Shown here: positions 24,121 through 37,096 of the stretch, one piece after another | Position numbering within the stretch: position 1 is the first letter of the stretch | Layout: every line of letters starts with the position of its first letter | Assembly (NCBI GenBank): GCA_013265495.1 | Contig: PNXW01002490.1 | Span: forward strand, 1 to 58,331 | DNA length: 58,331 bases | Source of the DNA: Vicugna vicugna | Taxonomy: Eukaryota | Direction of reading: 5' to 3' | The notes under the pieces: generated by a model | Seen by the model: only the letters and a program-made list of their open reading frames with translations | What the model was told of the DNA's origin: nothing | The model's database searches: none | Made by a program: the position numbers and the translations under genes

Positions 24121-25839
24121 TTTAATTTTTTAACATTTTTTATTGAGTTACAGTCATTTTACAATGTTGTGTCAATTTCCAGTGTAGAGCACAATTTTTC
24201 TGTTATACATGAACATACATATATTCATTGTCACATTTTTTTTCGCTGTGAGCTACCACAAGATCTTGTATAGATTTCCCTGTGCTATACGGTATAATCT
24301 AGTTTATCTATTCTGCATATGCCTGTCAGTATCTACAAATTTGTAAATCCCAGTCTGTCCCTTCCCACCCCCTCCCCCTTGGCAACCACAAGTCTGTATC
24401 CTATGTCTATGAGTCTGTTTCTGTTTTATATGTAAGTTCATTTGTCTTTTTTTTGGGTTCCATACATGAGTGATATCATATGGTGTTTTTCCAGGGACAT
24501 CCATGTTGCTGCAAATGGCATTATGTCGGTTTTTATGGCTGAGTAGTATTCCATCATATAAATATACCACATGTTCTTTATCCAGTCATCTGTTGATGGA
24601 CATTTAAGCTGTTTCCATGTCTTGGCTATTGTAAATAGTGCTGCTGTGAACATTGGGGTGCAGGTGTCATTTTGAAGTAGGATTCCTTCTGGATATATGC
24701 ACAGTGCCTGCACCATACTGCATTCCCACCAGCAGTGTAGATTTCCCTTTTCTCCACAGCCTCTCTGGCACTTGTCATTTGTAGACTTTTGAATGATGGC
24801 CATTCTGGCTGGTGTGAGGTGATATCTTATTATAGTTTTGATTTCCATTTCTCTGATAATTAGTGATATTGAGCATTTTTTCATGTGCCTGTTGATCATT
24901 TGTATTTCTTCCTCAGAGAATTGCTTGTTTAGGTCTTCTGCCCATTTTTGGATTGGTTTTTTTTTCTTATTACATCATATGAGCTGCTTATTCTGGAGAT
25001 CAAGACTTTGTGAGTAATAATATACCTAGGGATAAATCAAACCAAGGAGGTGAAAGACTTATACATGGAAAACTATAAAACACTGATGAAGGAAATTAAA
25101 GAAGACTTAAAAAAATGGAAAGATATCCCATGCTCCTGGATTGGAAGAATCAATATTGTTAAAATGGTCACACTGCCCAAGGCAATCTACAGATTTAATG
25201 CAATTTCTATCAAATTACCCAAGACATATGTCACAGAACTAGAACAAATCATAATAAAATTTATATAGAACCACAAAAGACCTAGAATTGCCAAAACATT
25301 ACTGAAGAAAAAGAAAGAGGCTGGAGTATAACTCTCCCAGACTTCAGAAAATATTATAGAGCTACAATAATCAAAACAGCATGGTATTGGTACAAAAACA
25401 GACATATGGACCAATGAAACACAATAGAGAGCCCAGAAATGAATCCACAAACTTTTGGTCAACTAATCTTTGACAAAGGAGGCAGAATATACAATGAAAT
25501 AAAGACAGTCTGTTCAGAAAATGGTGCTGGGAAAACTGGACAGCAGCATGTAAATCAGTGAAGCTAGAACACTCCCTTACACCATATACAAAAATCAACT
25601 CAACATGGATCAAAGACTTAAACATAAGACAAGATACAGTAAATCTCCTAGAAGAAAACATAGGCAAAACATTATCTGACATACATTTCAAAAATGTTCT
25701 CTTAGGGCAGTCTACCCAAGTAATAGAAATAAAAGCAAGAATAAACAAATGGGACCTAATTAAACTTACAAGCTTCTGCACAGCAAAGGAAACCATAAAC
25801 AAAACAAAATGGCAACCTACCGAATGGGATAAAATTTTT
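24121..25839 (-). mobile_element. L1 with 5' inversion (twin-priming structure), nested in an older L1 3'UTR
   Basis: Minus-strand 3' segment 24121 to about 25011 (ORF 24438-24899) joined to a plus-strand ORF2 segment from about 25012 to 25839 (ORFs 25050-25268, 25558-25854), which ends almost where the minus segment begins in L1 coordinates. Confidence 0.92.
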
Positions 25840-25849
25840 CTCTCATTAC

Positions 25850-25941
25850 TTTAGATTCCACATTTAAGTGATATCATATGATATTTGTCATTCTCTGTCT
25901 GACTTACTTCACTTAGTATTGCCATCTCTAGGTCCATCCAT
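25850..25941 (-). mobile_element. Continuation of the interrupted older L1 3' end
   Basis: ttagattccacatttaagtgatatc...ctaggtccatccat is colinear with the uninterrupted copy at 36525-36930. Confidence 0.85.
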
Positions 25942-25944
25942 ACA

Positions 25945-26585
25945 AACCACCCTATTCTAAGCCACCATTTTCCACACCTACTTCTATTTGTCACCTGAAG
26001 CTGGAGAGGTGTTTTACAACATAGGCCGAATCATGTCACTCTTTTGTTCTGAACTGTCCAGTGGTGCTCTTTCTCACTCAGAGTCAAATCCAAGTTGGTA
26101 TAGTGGCCGGTGGGGTCGTGTGACATCACTGTTGCCTCTTCCCTCAATATCCCTCTCTGATCTCATCATCCTCCACTCTCCCTTGGCTCACTCCACCCCA
26201 TCACCTCCACCTTGGGTTTTCATCTTTTCCTTAGATGCCCCATGACCCCGCTTCCCTCAGGTATTCAGGATTCTCAGCCTGTGGGCTCCTCTGTCCAGGT
26301 CTGCACACACCCCACCCCTTTCCCCTTCAGCTCTGCCCTCATGTCAGTTCCACACACCTTTAACAAAGCTGCATTGCCTTCCCAGCATGTGTCATTTTTC
26401 ACTCTTTTACTTACCTCACCCTACACGTGATAAAAGTATTTTTGGTCTGATTATTTCCTGTTTACTCACTGATGTGTAAGCATTATCGAAGCAGGAAATT
26501 GACTTTGCTGCTGTAACTCATTCGTTCAGGACCAGAGCAGTACTTGGCACGGAGTAGATGCCCATGGTTGTTGCAGCAATGATTA
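25945..26585 (+). mobile_element. L2 3' region
   Basis: atcatgtcactcttttgttc, tctcactcagagtcaaatccaa, cttggcacggagtagatgc. Confidence 0.75.
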
Positions 26586-27233
26586 AGCGACTTTGGTTAA
26601 ACAAATACAGGCATTAAAGGAAGTTTCATACACATGCTGAAAATTCACTGAAGTCTTTTCCCTATAGCTTAAGGCAACAGAGACATCTAAAGGAATGAAA
26701 GAGACTAAAAAGCAAGATTAATATGAAATTATTAAAATGTTTGCTGTGGTTTCATTGTGAAATATCTATGAGTCTATGAGCACAGTTTCTATGAGTCTCA
26801 GAAGCAAAAAACCTACAATACCACCTTACAGATAACCATTTACCTAATTGTATGAGATGAAAAAAATGTAGATTATGGAAGGTTTAAAGCAATGTTGCTT
26901 TTGTTTGAACATTTGTATACCTGATAGATAATTACCAAGTGGGAATTAATGCATGTAAGGTGCAGTTTGAAGCTACACATGACAAAGGCAAACCAGTTTC
27001 TTGCTTTTAAAAGATTTTGGCTCCTTGAGGTGATGAAACATAAGGCCCAGGAAGCAATTGAGAAGCAACATATCTGAATACTATAATGAGAAATAACATG
27101 GATAAATTTGACGAGTGGTCAATAAAAGAAGTTATCAGATAGATCAGTGCCTTTTGAGTCCTCTAAACTGAGATGCACACACCAAAGCAGTATGTGAGGG
27201 TAAGTATCAAAGAGGAAAGGAAAACAGTGTGCT

Positions 27234-27650
27234 GATTCAATGAGCATTTATTGAGCACCTACTGTATACCAGGCAGTATTCTAGGCACTGGCTATTCAAA
27301 ACAGAAAAATTACAGTCTGTTTCCCCAGTCTATGGGGAAAGAGACTCATACATCAGTGATTTCATCACAATGGGAAGTATTCCATGGTAGACCTTCAACC
27401 AGGGGATTATGGGAACACAGCAGAGGGGAAGGAGCAGGGCCACCACAGCTGCCACCTAACTGATGGGTAGAAGCTGAGGAGTTTCTGAAAGATGTGTGTG
27501 TGTGTCTCCAAGAAGATGCAGAGCAAGTACCCAGGAAAGGAGGGGAGAAGGAGCTGTTCTGCCAGGGAAGCCGCAGACAGCTTGAATATGCCAAAGCCAA
27601 ACCCTTCAGAGATCAGGAGGCAGTAAGTCACAGGTTTGGTCAGTATTGCT
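27234..27650 (-). mobile_element. L2 3' end
   Basis: atttattgagcacctactgtataccaggcagtattctaggcactgg. Confidence 0.85.
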
Positions 27651-27689
27651 TGAGATCTTGTGTCTATCTTTTTTAATCCTTTTTTTCTT

Positions 27690-27870
27690 TTCCCTTTTTT
27701 TTTTGTTTTTGTTTTTCCACCATTTTAACCATATATATGGGTACAGTTCCATGGCATTAAGTCCATGGGGAGTGATGGCCAACCATCATCTCCAGCCATT
27801 TCCAGGACTTTCTCATTATCTCAAACAGAAACTGTCCCCATGAAACAGCTACTCCCCCAACTCCCGGCCT
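27690..27870 (-). mobile_element. L1MB-type 3'UTR fragment
   Basis: T-tract, then ccattttaaccat...gtacagttccatggcattaagt...aaacagaaactgtcccca. Confidence 0.75.
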
Positions 27871-29804
27871 CATTTTTTAGAAATTGAAGTGACATGTGGG
27901 CTGTAAATTGGAATAAGAGAGGCCAATTAGAAGAATGTTGCAAATCTGATTTTTAAGATATTGTGTTTTTAAGGTATTTTTGTGGAAACATCGTGTTGGT
28001 GAGTTCATTCTGATGTCAACTTTACAGTCAACAAGATTTTAATAAGAGTCATTTTAAACTAGTATGAATGGAAAGTCACAGGTAAAAGCTAGTTTTTATA
28101 GAAACTCGTGTTCACCAACTATTTTTCCCCCCATAGAAATGTTTCCCTTTAAATTGAACTAGACTAGTTTAGTGGAAAAACATTTCTATAAGTTTTTGAA
28201 AAGAAAGGTATCTCTCCAATGTTATAATTAAAAGACTGAATTTCTGCCAAATTTTATTTGATGTAAACCCATGTTTATGATTAGTTTTGATAAAACTTTC
28301 AATTACCAAGTCTTGTTTTAAGAATACAATGTGTAAGTTAGTTGAAAATTCATATTTATAAGCTCTATTTGTGAAAACTCATGTTTTCTGATATTTCTGA
28401 TGAAAATTTTAGAATTAGAATTTTCTTTGTTTTGAGAAAACTAAAGTATTCAAACCAATTTTAATTAAAATTTAAGTTCACGGGCCATTTTTGTTAGAAT
28501 GCACGTATCCGATCATATTTGATGAAATTCTATTTTAAAAGTATATTTTAAAAGTTTGGGGATTAAGCAGATATAAGAAAGGAAGGACAAAGAGAAGTTA
28601 ATTTATGATTCTAGGTAAAAGAGTTGCTCCTAATAAAAACATAATTCTTAGTGTCATAAGTGGTGCATAGTTATATTATCATGAATTCAGATTGCACGGC
28701 TCCCTATGGCTTCCATGACGTGGAAAATTTTCCATCTCTAACTTGCTTTCCATTTTCTGTTTTATTCACAGTTTTCCCCCTTCTACTGCTTCTTGGACAG
28801 TCTCTAAGTTTTAATGCTTATTTCTCTTCTTATTTCCCTCTATTTTCTTTCCAGGAATAGGCAGAGTTCACTCTGATGCATTTGGGTACATCTCCAAGGT
28901 TGCCCTGTAGTCAACAGGATAACATTTCCTTGATGTCCAACCTGGTGCTTTTCTCCCTCTGCTAGTTGTCTGCATCAGAGCATCCATGAGTGAGTGACCT
29001 GGAGAATCTCTGAAGTCAATGCACTGATATTCTATCTCCCCATCCCCAAAGCCCCATCACCACCACGTCCATGGTGCGGTCCCCAAGAAGTGCCTGGATC
29101 CGAGGAGCCTCTGTGGGATCACTCATACTTTTCCCTCCTTCACTTTCCTACTAAATCTCTGTAGGTCATAACTTCAGCCTCCATGAACAGGGCTCTCCTT
29201 ATTCTTCTCTGTTTCTTTCCTGAGTTTATTCCAAGGAATCCATCATACTGACTGTAGGGAGACTGGTCTTTACAAAGTATGAGTGACTAGTCCAGAAGTC
29301 GTTTCCTGCCACTTGAACAGATAACCATCCATTCTGATGGATGGTTATTCATTTACTATCAATTCTGAAATTACCTCATCATTGTCCTACTCCAACAACT
29401 ACTTTAATCATCTTCAGGTGCTCAGTGAATATTTTTGAATAAATGAGCAAACAAATGACATCACCTCCCATCTCTGTCACAATTGCTGAATTTTGTACAA
29501 GTTATTCCCTAAATGTGTCTACTTTCTCTTTTCTGTTCCTGCTACCCTCACCCTTCTCATCTCTTGGTATTTCTTGCTGGGAGTATGTGTCCATAACCTT
29601 CTTACCGATGGATGTTGTATCTCAGGAGTCGATATAACCATTCTGCCTAGAACCCAGCAATGGTTCCTTGGGAGTAAAGTCCTGGATTTTTAGCCTTGGA
29701 GAAAAACTCTTGTATCATCCAGTATGCACTGAGTTTTGCAGCATTGTACTTTACCACTCTCTGCCTTAACTTGATATTCTGCCTAATTAAACTTAGTGTC
29801 CCTC

Positions 29805-29908
29805 TTGTTCACTCTGTCCCAGTTTGTTGGGGATGGAGGGGGTTCCCAGAACACAGAATTTTCAGTGTGAAAATTGGGGAAGTCCGGGGAAAACCAGGGC
29901 CACCCTAA
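29805..29908. mobile_element. MER81-like hAT-Blackjack MITE
   Basis: tgtcccagtttg...ttcagtgtgaaaattggggaagtccggggaaaacc...cacccta. Confidence 0.6.
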
Positions 29909-30351
29909 CATGCTCTATGTGCCTATGGACCAAAAGCCACTCATCCTTAGAATTCTGTCTTCTCCTCTTTGTCTGCCCAAGCCTCACTGATCCTTTGAAA
30001 TCGTGTCCAGCAGTGCTGCAAGCAGCCCCCTACACCAACCCTGGACCAGGAAAACCAGGCAATGACCTCCTAAGGCTCAAAGACTGTGGTGCCTGTCTTT
30101 GAATATCTAGAAACTCTTAAGATGCTCAATTTGTGTTAAGCAAGTAATAAATATGTATTCATGAGTAAATTACCTACCAACAGAATAAATTCTAACATCT
30201 ACAGTTTGAATTTTGAGACCTCCATGAATAAGCCTAACCAGTAATTCCTTTCCATTTATTCAATTAGTCAATGTAATTTAAGTTCAATTTAACCAAGATT
30301 TATTAAATGTCTACAATTTTCTAGGCTTAATTCTCTTCTGTATTACTTTTT

Positions 30352-30824
30352 AAAAAATTAAGGTATAGTCAGTTTACAATGTTGTGTCAATTTCTTATGT
30401 ACAGCACAATTCAGTCATACATGAATATACATATATTTGTTTTCATATTATTTTTCACTGTGAGCTACTACAAGATCTTGAATATATTTCCCTGTGCTGT
30501 ACAGTATAAACTTGTTTATGCATTTTACATAAACCAGTCAGTATCTGCAAGTCTCAAACTCCCAGTTTATCCCTTCTTACCCTCCTCCCTTCTGGCAACC
30601 ACAAGTCTGTATCTTATGTCTATGTGTCTGTTTCTGTTTTATATATAAGTTCATTTGTCTTTTTTTCTTTATATTCCACATATGAGTGATATCATATGGT
30701 GTTTTTCTTTCTATTTCTGGCTTACTTCACTTAGAATGACATTCTCCAGGGCCATCCATGTTGCTGCACATGGCATTATATTATCATTTTTATGGCTGAG
30801 TAGTATTCCATTATATAAATATAC
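30352..30824 (-). mobile_element. L1 3' fragment with perfect TSD
   Basis: cttctgtattacttttt repeated at 30335-30351 and 30825-30841; body homologous to 16381-16840. Confidence 0.93.
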
Positions 30825-31585
30825 CTTCTGTATTACTTTTTATTCTTTACTCACAATTGAACCATTTTTCAAATGTTCTGTGTTTGTTTGTTTTTTGTTT
30901 GTTTGTTTTCACCTTTACTACAAGACTGTCCTCAAAAGATATCTCCCTAATCGCTACTAGCCTCATCTATCATGTTTGTTAAGGCCCAGGTTACCCCCAG
31001 CTGCCCCCACTCTCTGTCCCCATGAAAAGGGATAGGATCATCAGTCTGAAGGAATTTCTTTAATCCTGTCCTGTTATAGCACCTTCCTTGTTGCATCCTT
31101 ACGTTCCTTGATGCCTTTGGAGCTGTACTTTATTATTTAGTCTTTGTCTTTTCTTCCTTGCTAGGTTGGAAGCAATCATTTTCAGTATCTTCATCATGAT
31201 CTGATTCAATGCCTCGTGCATGTATTGAACTAAATATTTGTGTTTTTAGATTATAAATCAAGAATGTGGCATGAAATCTGAAATCCAAATGAACAGTGAA
31301 AATCTCTACTGCCATTGAAGATGAAATTATTGTGCTGCAGACCATCTGGTGAGAAGGAGGCAGATTCAAATGAATTTTACTTTCATTTTTCTAGGTATGA
31401 ATTAGGACATGTCTGGTATAGTTGACTAAATATAACCTTGGCAGCAAGCTTTCTCTTATTTATTTTGAAGAATACTTTGCACAGAAAAATTCTTTTTGGT
31501 TATTTAGCTACTAAAAGTCCAATATGCTTCATTCACATTTAAAATTGTCTTAGCTTATTAAGTTCTGTATCACCTTTTATAAATT

Positions 31586-31599
31586 GTTGCCATGGAAAC
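31586..31599. promoter_or_regulatory. RFX X-box motif GTTGCCATGGAAAC
   Basis: 13/14 match to the palindromic RFX consensus GTTGCCATGGCAAC, in apparently unique DNA; function not shown. Confidence 0.45.
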
Positions 31600-32917
31600 G
31601 GTGTCTCAGGCATTTTGTCTTCCCCTAAATGTCACATCTGCTGTCAGGCTGTATATGAAGACATCACATACAGACACAAATAAGATGCACACATTTCCTA
31701 CTTATGTAGATCAAAGTTAATACTTCATGATGTGAATACACTACCCTTTACACTAGTGGCTAATATTTGGAAAAGAATTAGGGACAGTAAGACACTAGAC
31801 TGAAAAAGATTTAGTGGAGGTAATTTACAATCTGAAAAAAATGACTGATTATTGTTTTACCAAGGTGTTATTTTCCAGTGTTCAGCACATGGCCACATGG
31901 CTCTGCAGCTGGGAAGTGCTTTGCGCACCTAGACCTGCCTTTCAGATTCACTTATGTAAATAATAGCTTCTTCTCAAAATGTCAGTTCTGTCAAGCCTTC
32001 ACTCTTCCTTGAATTCTGAGTTTAGCCTTTGTACCTTTGTCTCACACAATGAGAAGACAGAATCCATCCTTCCACCCCATCCTGCCGTGTAATTATGTTC
32101 TTAATCCCTTTCATGAAGACATTGACTTAGCCATTTATTTTCCTCTCAGACAAAGAATATGTCATCATCACCAGGTAAAATGCACAGAAAAAAGAGCCAA
32201 AGATTAAACCTGAAGAATCCTGACTGGTAGGGGTTGTGTTGAAATATGAGTTTTCACCATTCAGAGGAATCAGCAAGGATTAATATCCCTGGGGCTTTTT
32301 CTTTAAAATCAATTATGTGACCAACAGGACTGATTCATAACCTCAACCTGGGTCAACAAATCCATTATCATTAAATGTTCTGCATCTTACCTTGTATGTG
32401 CCCCGGAGTGAATTCTGTGGAATGTGAGTGCAACATCTTTCCCCATGGCTGGCTCCTGCTGCAAGGTCAGGATGGTATAAATAACCTGGAAAGGGCTGTG
32501 TATGTAAATTAGCTCAAATCCATCATGCCTTCTGTGAGTGGCTTTCTAAGTCAACTGAATTAACAGCCATCAACTTCACTTACTTAGAAAACGAACATAA
32601 TCTGAACACTTTAGGTGGGGTCAGGGGAGCTCTAAGTTAGGAAGACGTGATACTGGATTTCAAGAGTATTTAGCACAGTGGGATAATGTAAGATGGATCC
32701 AAATATATAGTAAGTCAACACTTGATAAGTGTCACAAAAATATTTTAAACAATTCTTAGGAATTCAGTGGCTTACTTCTGCCCCAGAGAATCATGGAAGA
32801 GCATGAGCATGTGTGTGGAGGGAGAATAATGCATAGATAACCTTGAGGCTTGAGAGGATATTAGTGCCAATTACAGAGATGACAATTGAGAAGGTATTTC
32901 TGGTTAAGAGGATGTCC

Positions 32918-33145
32918 TTGGGATTAATAGAAACAAACTACTGAATATAAAACAGATAAACAACAAGGTCCTAGTATATAGCACAGGGAACTATATTTAA
33001 TTTCTTTTAATGAGCTGTAATGGAAAAGAATCTGAAATATATACATATATTTATCTGAGTTGCTTTGCTGTACACCTGAAACTAACATTGTAAATTGACT
33101 ACATTTCAATAAAAAATAAGAATTAAATTTTTTTTTTAATTTAAA
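32918..33145 (+). mobile_element. L1 3' end fragment
   Basis: aaacaacaaggtcctagtatatagcacagggaactat...ttgctgtacacctgaaactaac; flanked by aagaggat(g/c)tc at 32906 and 33146. Confidence 0.9.
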
Positions 33146-35577
33146 AAGAGGATCTCTTTTAAGACAGCTTTTCAGACATGTTAAGTTTGGTTTTGCCTAT
33201 GAAATGTCCAGGGAGATCTATCTTGCATTTTATAAAAGCAAAGCTGAAGTTCAAGAAAGAGATCAGGAAAAGATATAAATATGGTGTCCATGATATACAT
33301 TGATTGAAACTTGAGACCTTGGCTCCTGAAGGAGGATGGTATTTAGATTGATAAGTAGGTAGTATAGTAGTTGCTATGGAAATAGAGAAAAACAAGTAAA
33401 CAGACAAAAAATATCAAAACCTTGGGAATGTTTACAGAGAACAGAAGGGAAAGAGAAAAGAGAATGAAAACATAAAAGTGCAGTGTGATGGGTTTCACCA
33501 AAAGTTGTGGAGATCTGCCCAAAGGAAAGGGCTTGTTAACGCCTTTCCTTGGAAGATAAGCACTAAGCAGTGATACTTGGTGATGTTTTGGATATCAGAT
33601 TTACTGGGTAGCTGGGGAAAAAGATTGTATGGGGCTCTAGGTTAAGTGAAAGAGCAAGTACATATGCGCTGTCATTAGAAAAGTTTCTGTGAAAATAGAA
33701 AAATGTAATAGACTTGCGTGAGTAGCAGAAGTAGGAAGACCACAAGGTTTTCTAACTATCGATTGAGAATATAGAATTATATTCCCACGTTTTACCATTC
33801 TGATTCCTTTTCTGCCTCCCATGAATAACTATGATGTTGTCTAACTAATTTGTATGGCTTGGCAACTCTAGCACACCTTTTAAGTTTGTGAGAGAGCCGT
33901 CTGCATTATTTCATAAAATGGTATATTTTTAGGATGACTGCAACAGATCTTAAGATGTGGCCAGTGTCCTGGATGGCAGACTGCAGAGGAAGTCAATGTC
34001 TCTAAGGATGTTGATCGAGTGAAATAAAACTGAATGCCCTTGACTGGCTGAAAGTGTGAGCATGCACTCTGTGGCTCACTGAAGGCACACCACTTACTTA
34101 TATCTAAATACTTCTTTGATGAATCTGTAGAAGAATTTCTTTTCTTTTTCAACTTCTCATTTGTTTGATATTCAGCTTTTTATTTTAAGAATTCCAGATT
34201 ATTCTTCGTTGGTGAGAATCCAGCCGATATCTTTCTGTTACCTGGGAAGATATGATTGTGTGAAGAGACTTATACAATCTTAGTACAAAACTCACATAGA
34301 GGGAAGATGAAAATGGTGGGGAGAGGAGGGTAAACATCCTGTTGTTATCTCCTCTTTCACTTACAGAGCATTCAAGGTTTTAATTAAAGTCAATTAAAAA
34401 TGTTTTTCCAGGCTTCAGGCACCTGAGAGAATCATGGAAGTCTTTAGAGCTGTGGTGAAGGATCTTTTTTTTAAGCATAAAAAATGGCTTTATTAATTTG
34501 GCTCATCCTTTCTGCAGCCTGAAAGCAGCTCCCGTCCCTCTTTGAAGCTTCCATCAGGCACCCTGCCAGGTGAGACACCAGCCTCATTCCTGTGCTGAGA
34601 TCCTGTCTTTGTGTTTGTGCCTCAGGGCAGGTTTCAAAACTGATAGATCAAGTTCTCTGTTCAGCCAGTCTTTAAAAACCGGGCCATTTCTAAATGAGCT
34701 ATTTCAGCCCTGAGAAAGAAGTATTTGTTGAATCTTGACTTATGGAATGTTCCATTCTTCAATTCTTTACATAGCACATTTCCTACAGTTCCTGAGTCCT
34801 GAATTATTAACTGGGTCTCAGAGAGAAGGAATGAGAATCAGCAATTACAGAAAAAATTTTAGTTTGATTTATCCTGTCAGTCAAAGAAAGTGTTGGAGAC
34901 CTTTAAAAAATACGCTTTTGGGAAAAAGATTTTAAATTGTGTGATTCAAAATCCATGTTGTAAATAAACATCACAGAAATTCTGAAAGTCCTCCACTCCT
35001 TGAGACTGGAGAGAAAAGGGCCATGATCAGAAATAGCCTACACTTCTGCTTCTCAGTGTAGGAGAAAGAAGGTCCCAGAAAGTGTTTAAGTATTAAAATG
35101 GTCATATGTTTAAAAACCAAGAAAAGTGGAATGGCCCTCAAAAAATATTCCAAATAATATTTTGTTTGAAATCCCTTCTAAAATCAGAATGCAGATGAAA
35201 ACTTTTGGAATGAAATGAGATGGAAACACCTTGGACAATTTGTGACTAGAAGTCATTGAGTCAAAGGCTGAATCCTACAGAGTTTGACTAACTCCTGAGT
35301 TTTAGAAAAGTAGGGTAGCTTGAAAAGTCTGTTTGCTCTGCCCAATACAGGTGCCATGAGAACTAGAGATTTGTCTGCTTCCATGGACTGCTGTGTTCCT
35401 TTCTTTTTTTTTTTGAAATTTATTTTACTATACTATTATTTATAGTTGTGAAAAATCTAGTTTTTATTTTTACATAAGTAAAAACTCCCAAACCTGGTGG
35501 GTTTAATTCTATGGAGCTTCAAGAATTGTTTTCATAATGGATTCTATGGTATTATTCAGAGCCTTTATTTTTGCTTT

Positions 35578-35812
35578 AAATTTTTTTAAATTAAAGTAGA
35601 GCTGATTTATAATGTTGTGTTAGTTTCTGATGTACAGTAAAGTGATTCAGTTATATATATATTCTGAATATATATACTTTTTCAGATTCTTTTCCATCAT
35701 AGGTTATTACAAGATATTGAATATAGTTCCCAGTGCTATCCAGTAGATCCTTGTTTATGTATTTTATATATAATACTGTGTATCTGCTAATCCCAAATTC
35801 CTAATTTATCTA
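35578..35812 (-). mobile_element. L1 3' end fragment
   Basis: aaagtagagctgatttataatgttgtgttagtttctgatgtacag...ctaatcccaaattcctaattt. Confidence 0.9.
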
Positions 35813-36521
35813 ATTTATTTGTAAACACTATTATCCTTGCAGTTAAGTTGCTGTTATTTCTGAGCAGTGACTTGACAGGATTCAGTATGAATTCGGTGTG
35901 TGTTGTTCTAATCACATAAACGTGCAGGGTCTTGTCAATACTGTGATGGATAATTCAAACTCAAATGTCTTTAAGCAAACCAAACACTGTGTTCAAATAC
36001 ACCAACATTTATTGAAGAAATTATCTCCACTTTCTACCACTAATTATTCTGCTTTGTTCTCATCAGGTCCTCATGATCATTATTACCAAAAAATTTTGAT
36101 CCTTTGGAACTTCCCAAACTTTTGAAATGAGACATGATATTTTTATTTGAGTCACTGGAAACTTAGTCATGAGTGTTAATCTGGGGATTCATCTAAGATT
36201 AGTTGTAAGTTTTAAAAATTCTGAATAAATCCCTGACCTTAAACAGCACAGGTTTTTTAAAGCAGCAAGTCTACTAAAAGCTATAAAAGGAAAGATATCA
36301 AACAGAAAGGACATTTGCATATTTGTTTTCATCTTCCTCTTGGTAATATCAGTAACTATAAAAGGCAGTGCATTTCCAGTAACATTTAAAAGAAAAAGAT
36401 GGTTTTCTTACTTGTAAACTTTTTTTATTCACAACATCTGTCTTTTAGGTATTTACACAATTTCATAGAACCTTTCATTTTGTTCATTAGATTTCTTCTT
36501 TGATTCTTAACCATTTTTATT

Positions 36522-36930
36522 TCTTTTTTTAAAAATTGAAGTATAGCTGATTTATAATGTTGTGTTAGTTTCTAATGTACAGCATAGTGATTCAGTTATA
36601 CATATATTTATATAATATTTTTCATATTCTTTTTCATTATAGGTTATTGCAAGCTATTGAATATAGTTCCCTGTGCTGTACAGTAGGTTCTTGTTGTTTA
36701 TCTATTTTATATACAGTAGTGTGTATCTGCCAATCCCAAACTCTCAGTTTATTCCCTCCCCCTTTCCCCACTGGTAACCATAAATCTGTTTTCTATGTCG
36801 GTGAGTCTGTTCTGTTTTGTAAATAAGTTCATTTGTGTCTTTTTCTTTTAAGATTCCAAATATAAGTGATATGGTATGATATTTGTCTTTCTCTGTCTGA
36901 CTTACTTCACTTAGTATGCTAATCTGTAGG
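36522..36930 (-). mobile_element. L1 3' end fragment
   Basis: ttgaagtatagctgatttataatgttgtg...gacttacttcacttagtatg. Confidence 0.9.
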
Positions 36931-37096
36931 CTAATGATTTTTCATGTGATTTAAACTATTGAGAAAGTTTTTATTGCTTGCTTAACTAAATGTATCAATT
37001 TGTTACCTAAAGTTTCTGAAACTATTTAAATTTCTACATTACCTAAAGGCTAGATTTGAGTATCACAATTTGAGTGAAAACATGAAAGATTTTTAA

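Noticed and set aside
31133..31369. Acidic/basic ORF end (ESDHDEDTEND...KEEKTKTK) resembling a terminal exon
   Set aside because: No convincing splice acceptor and no recognisable homolog
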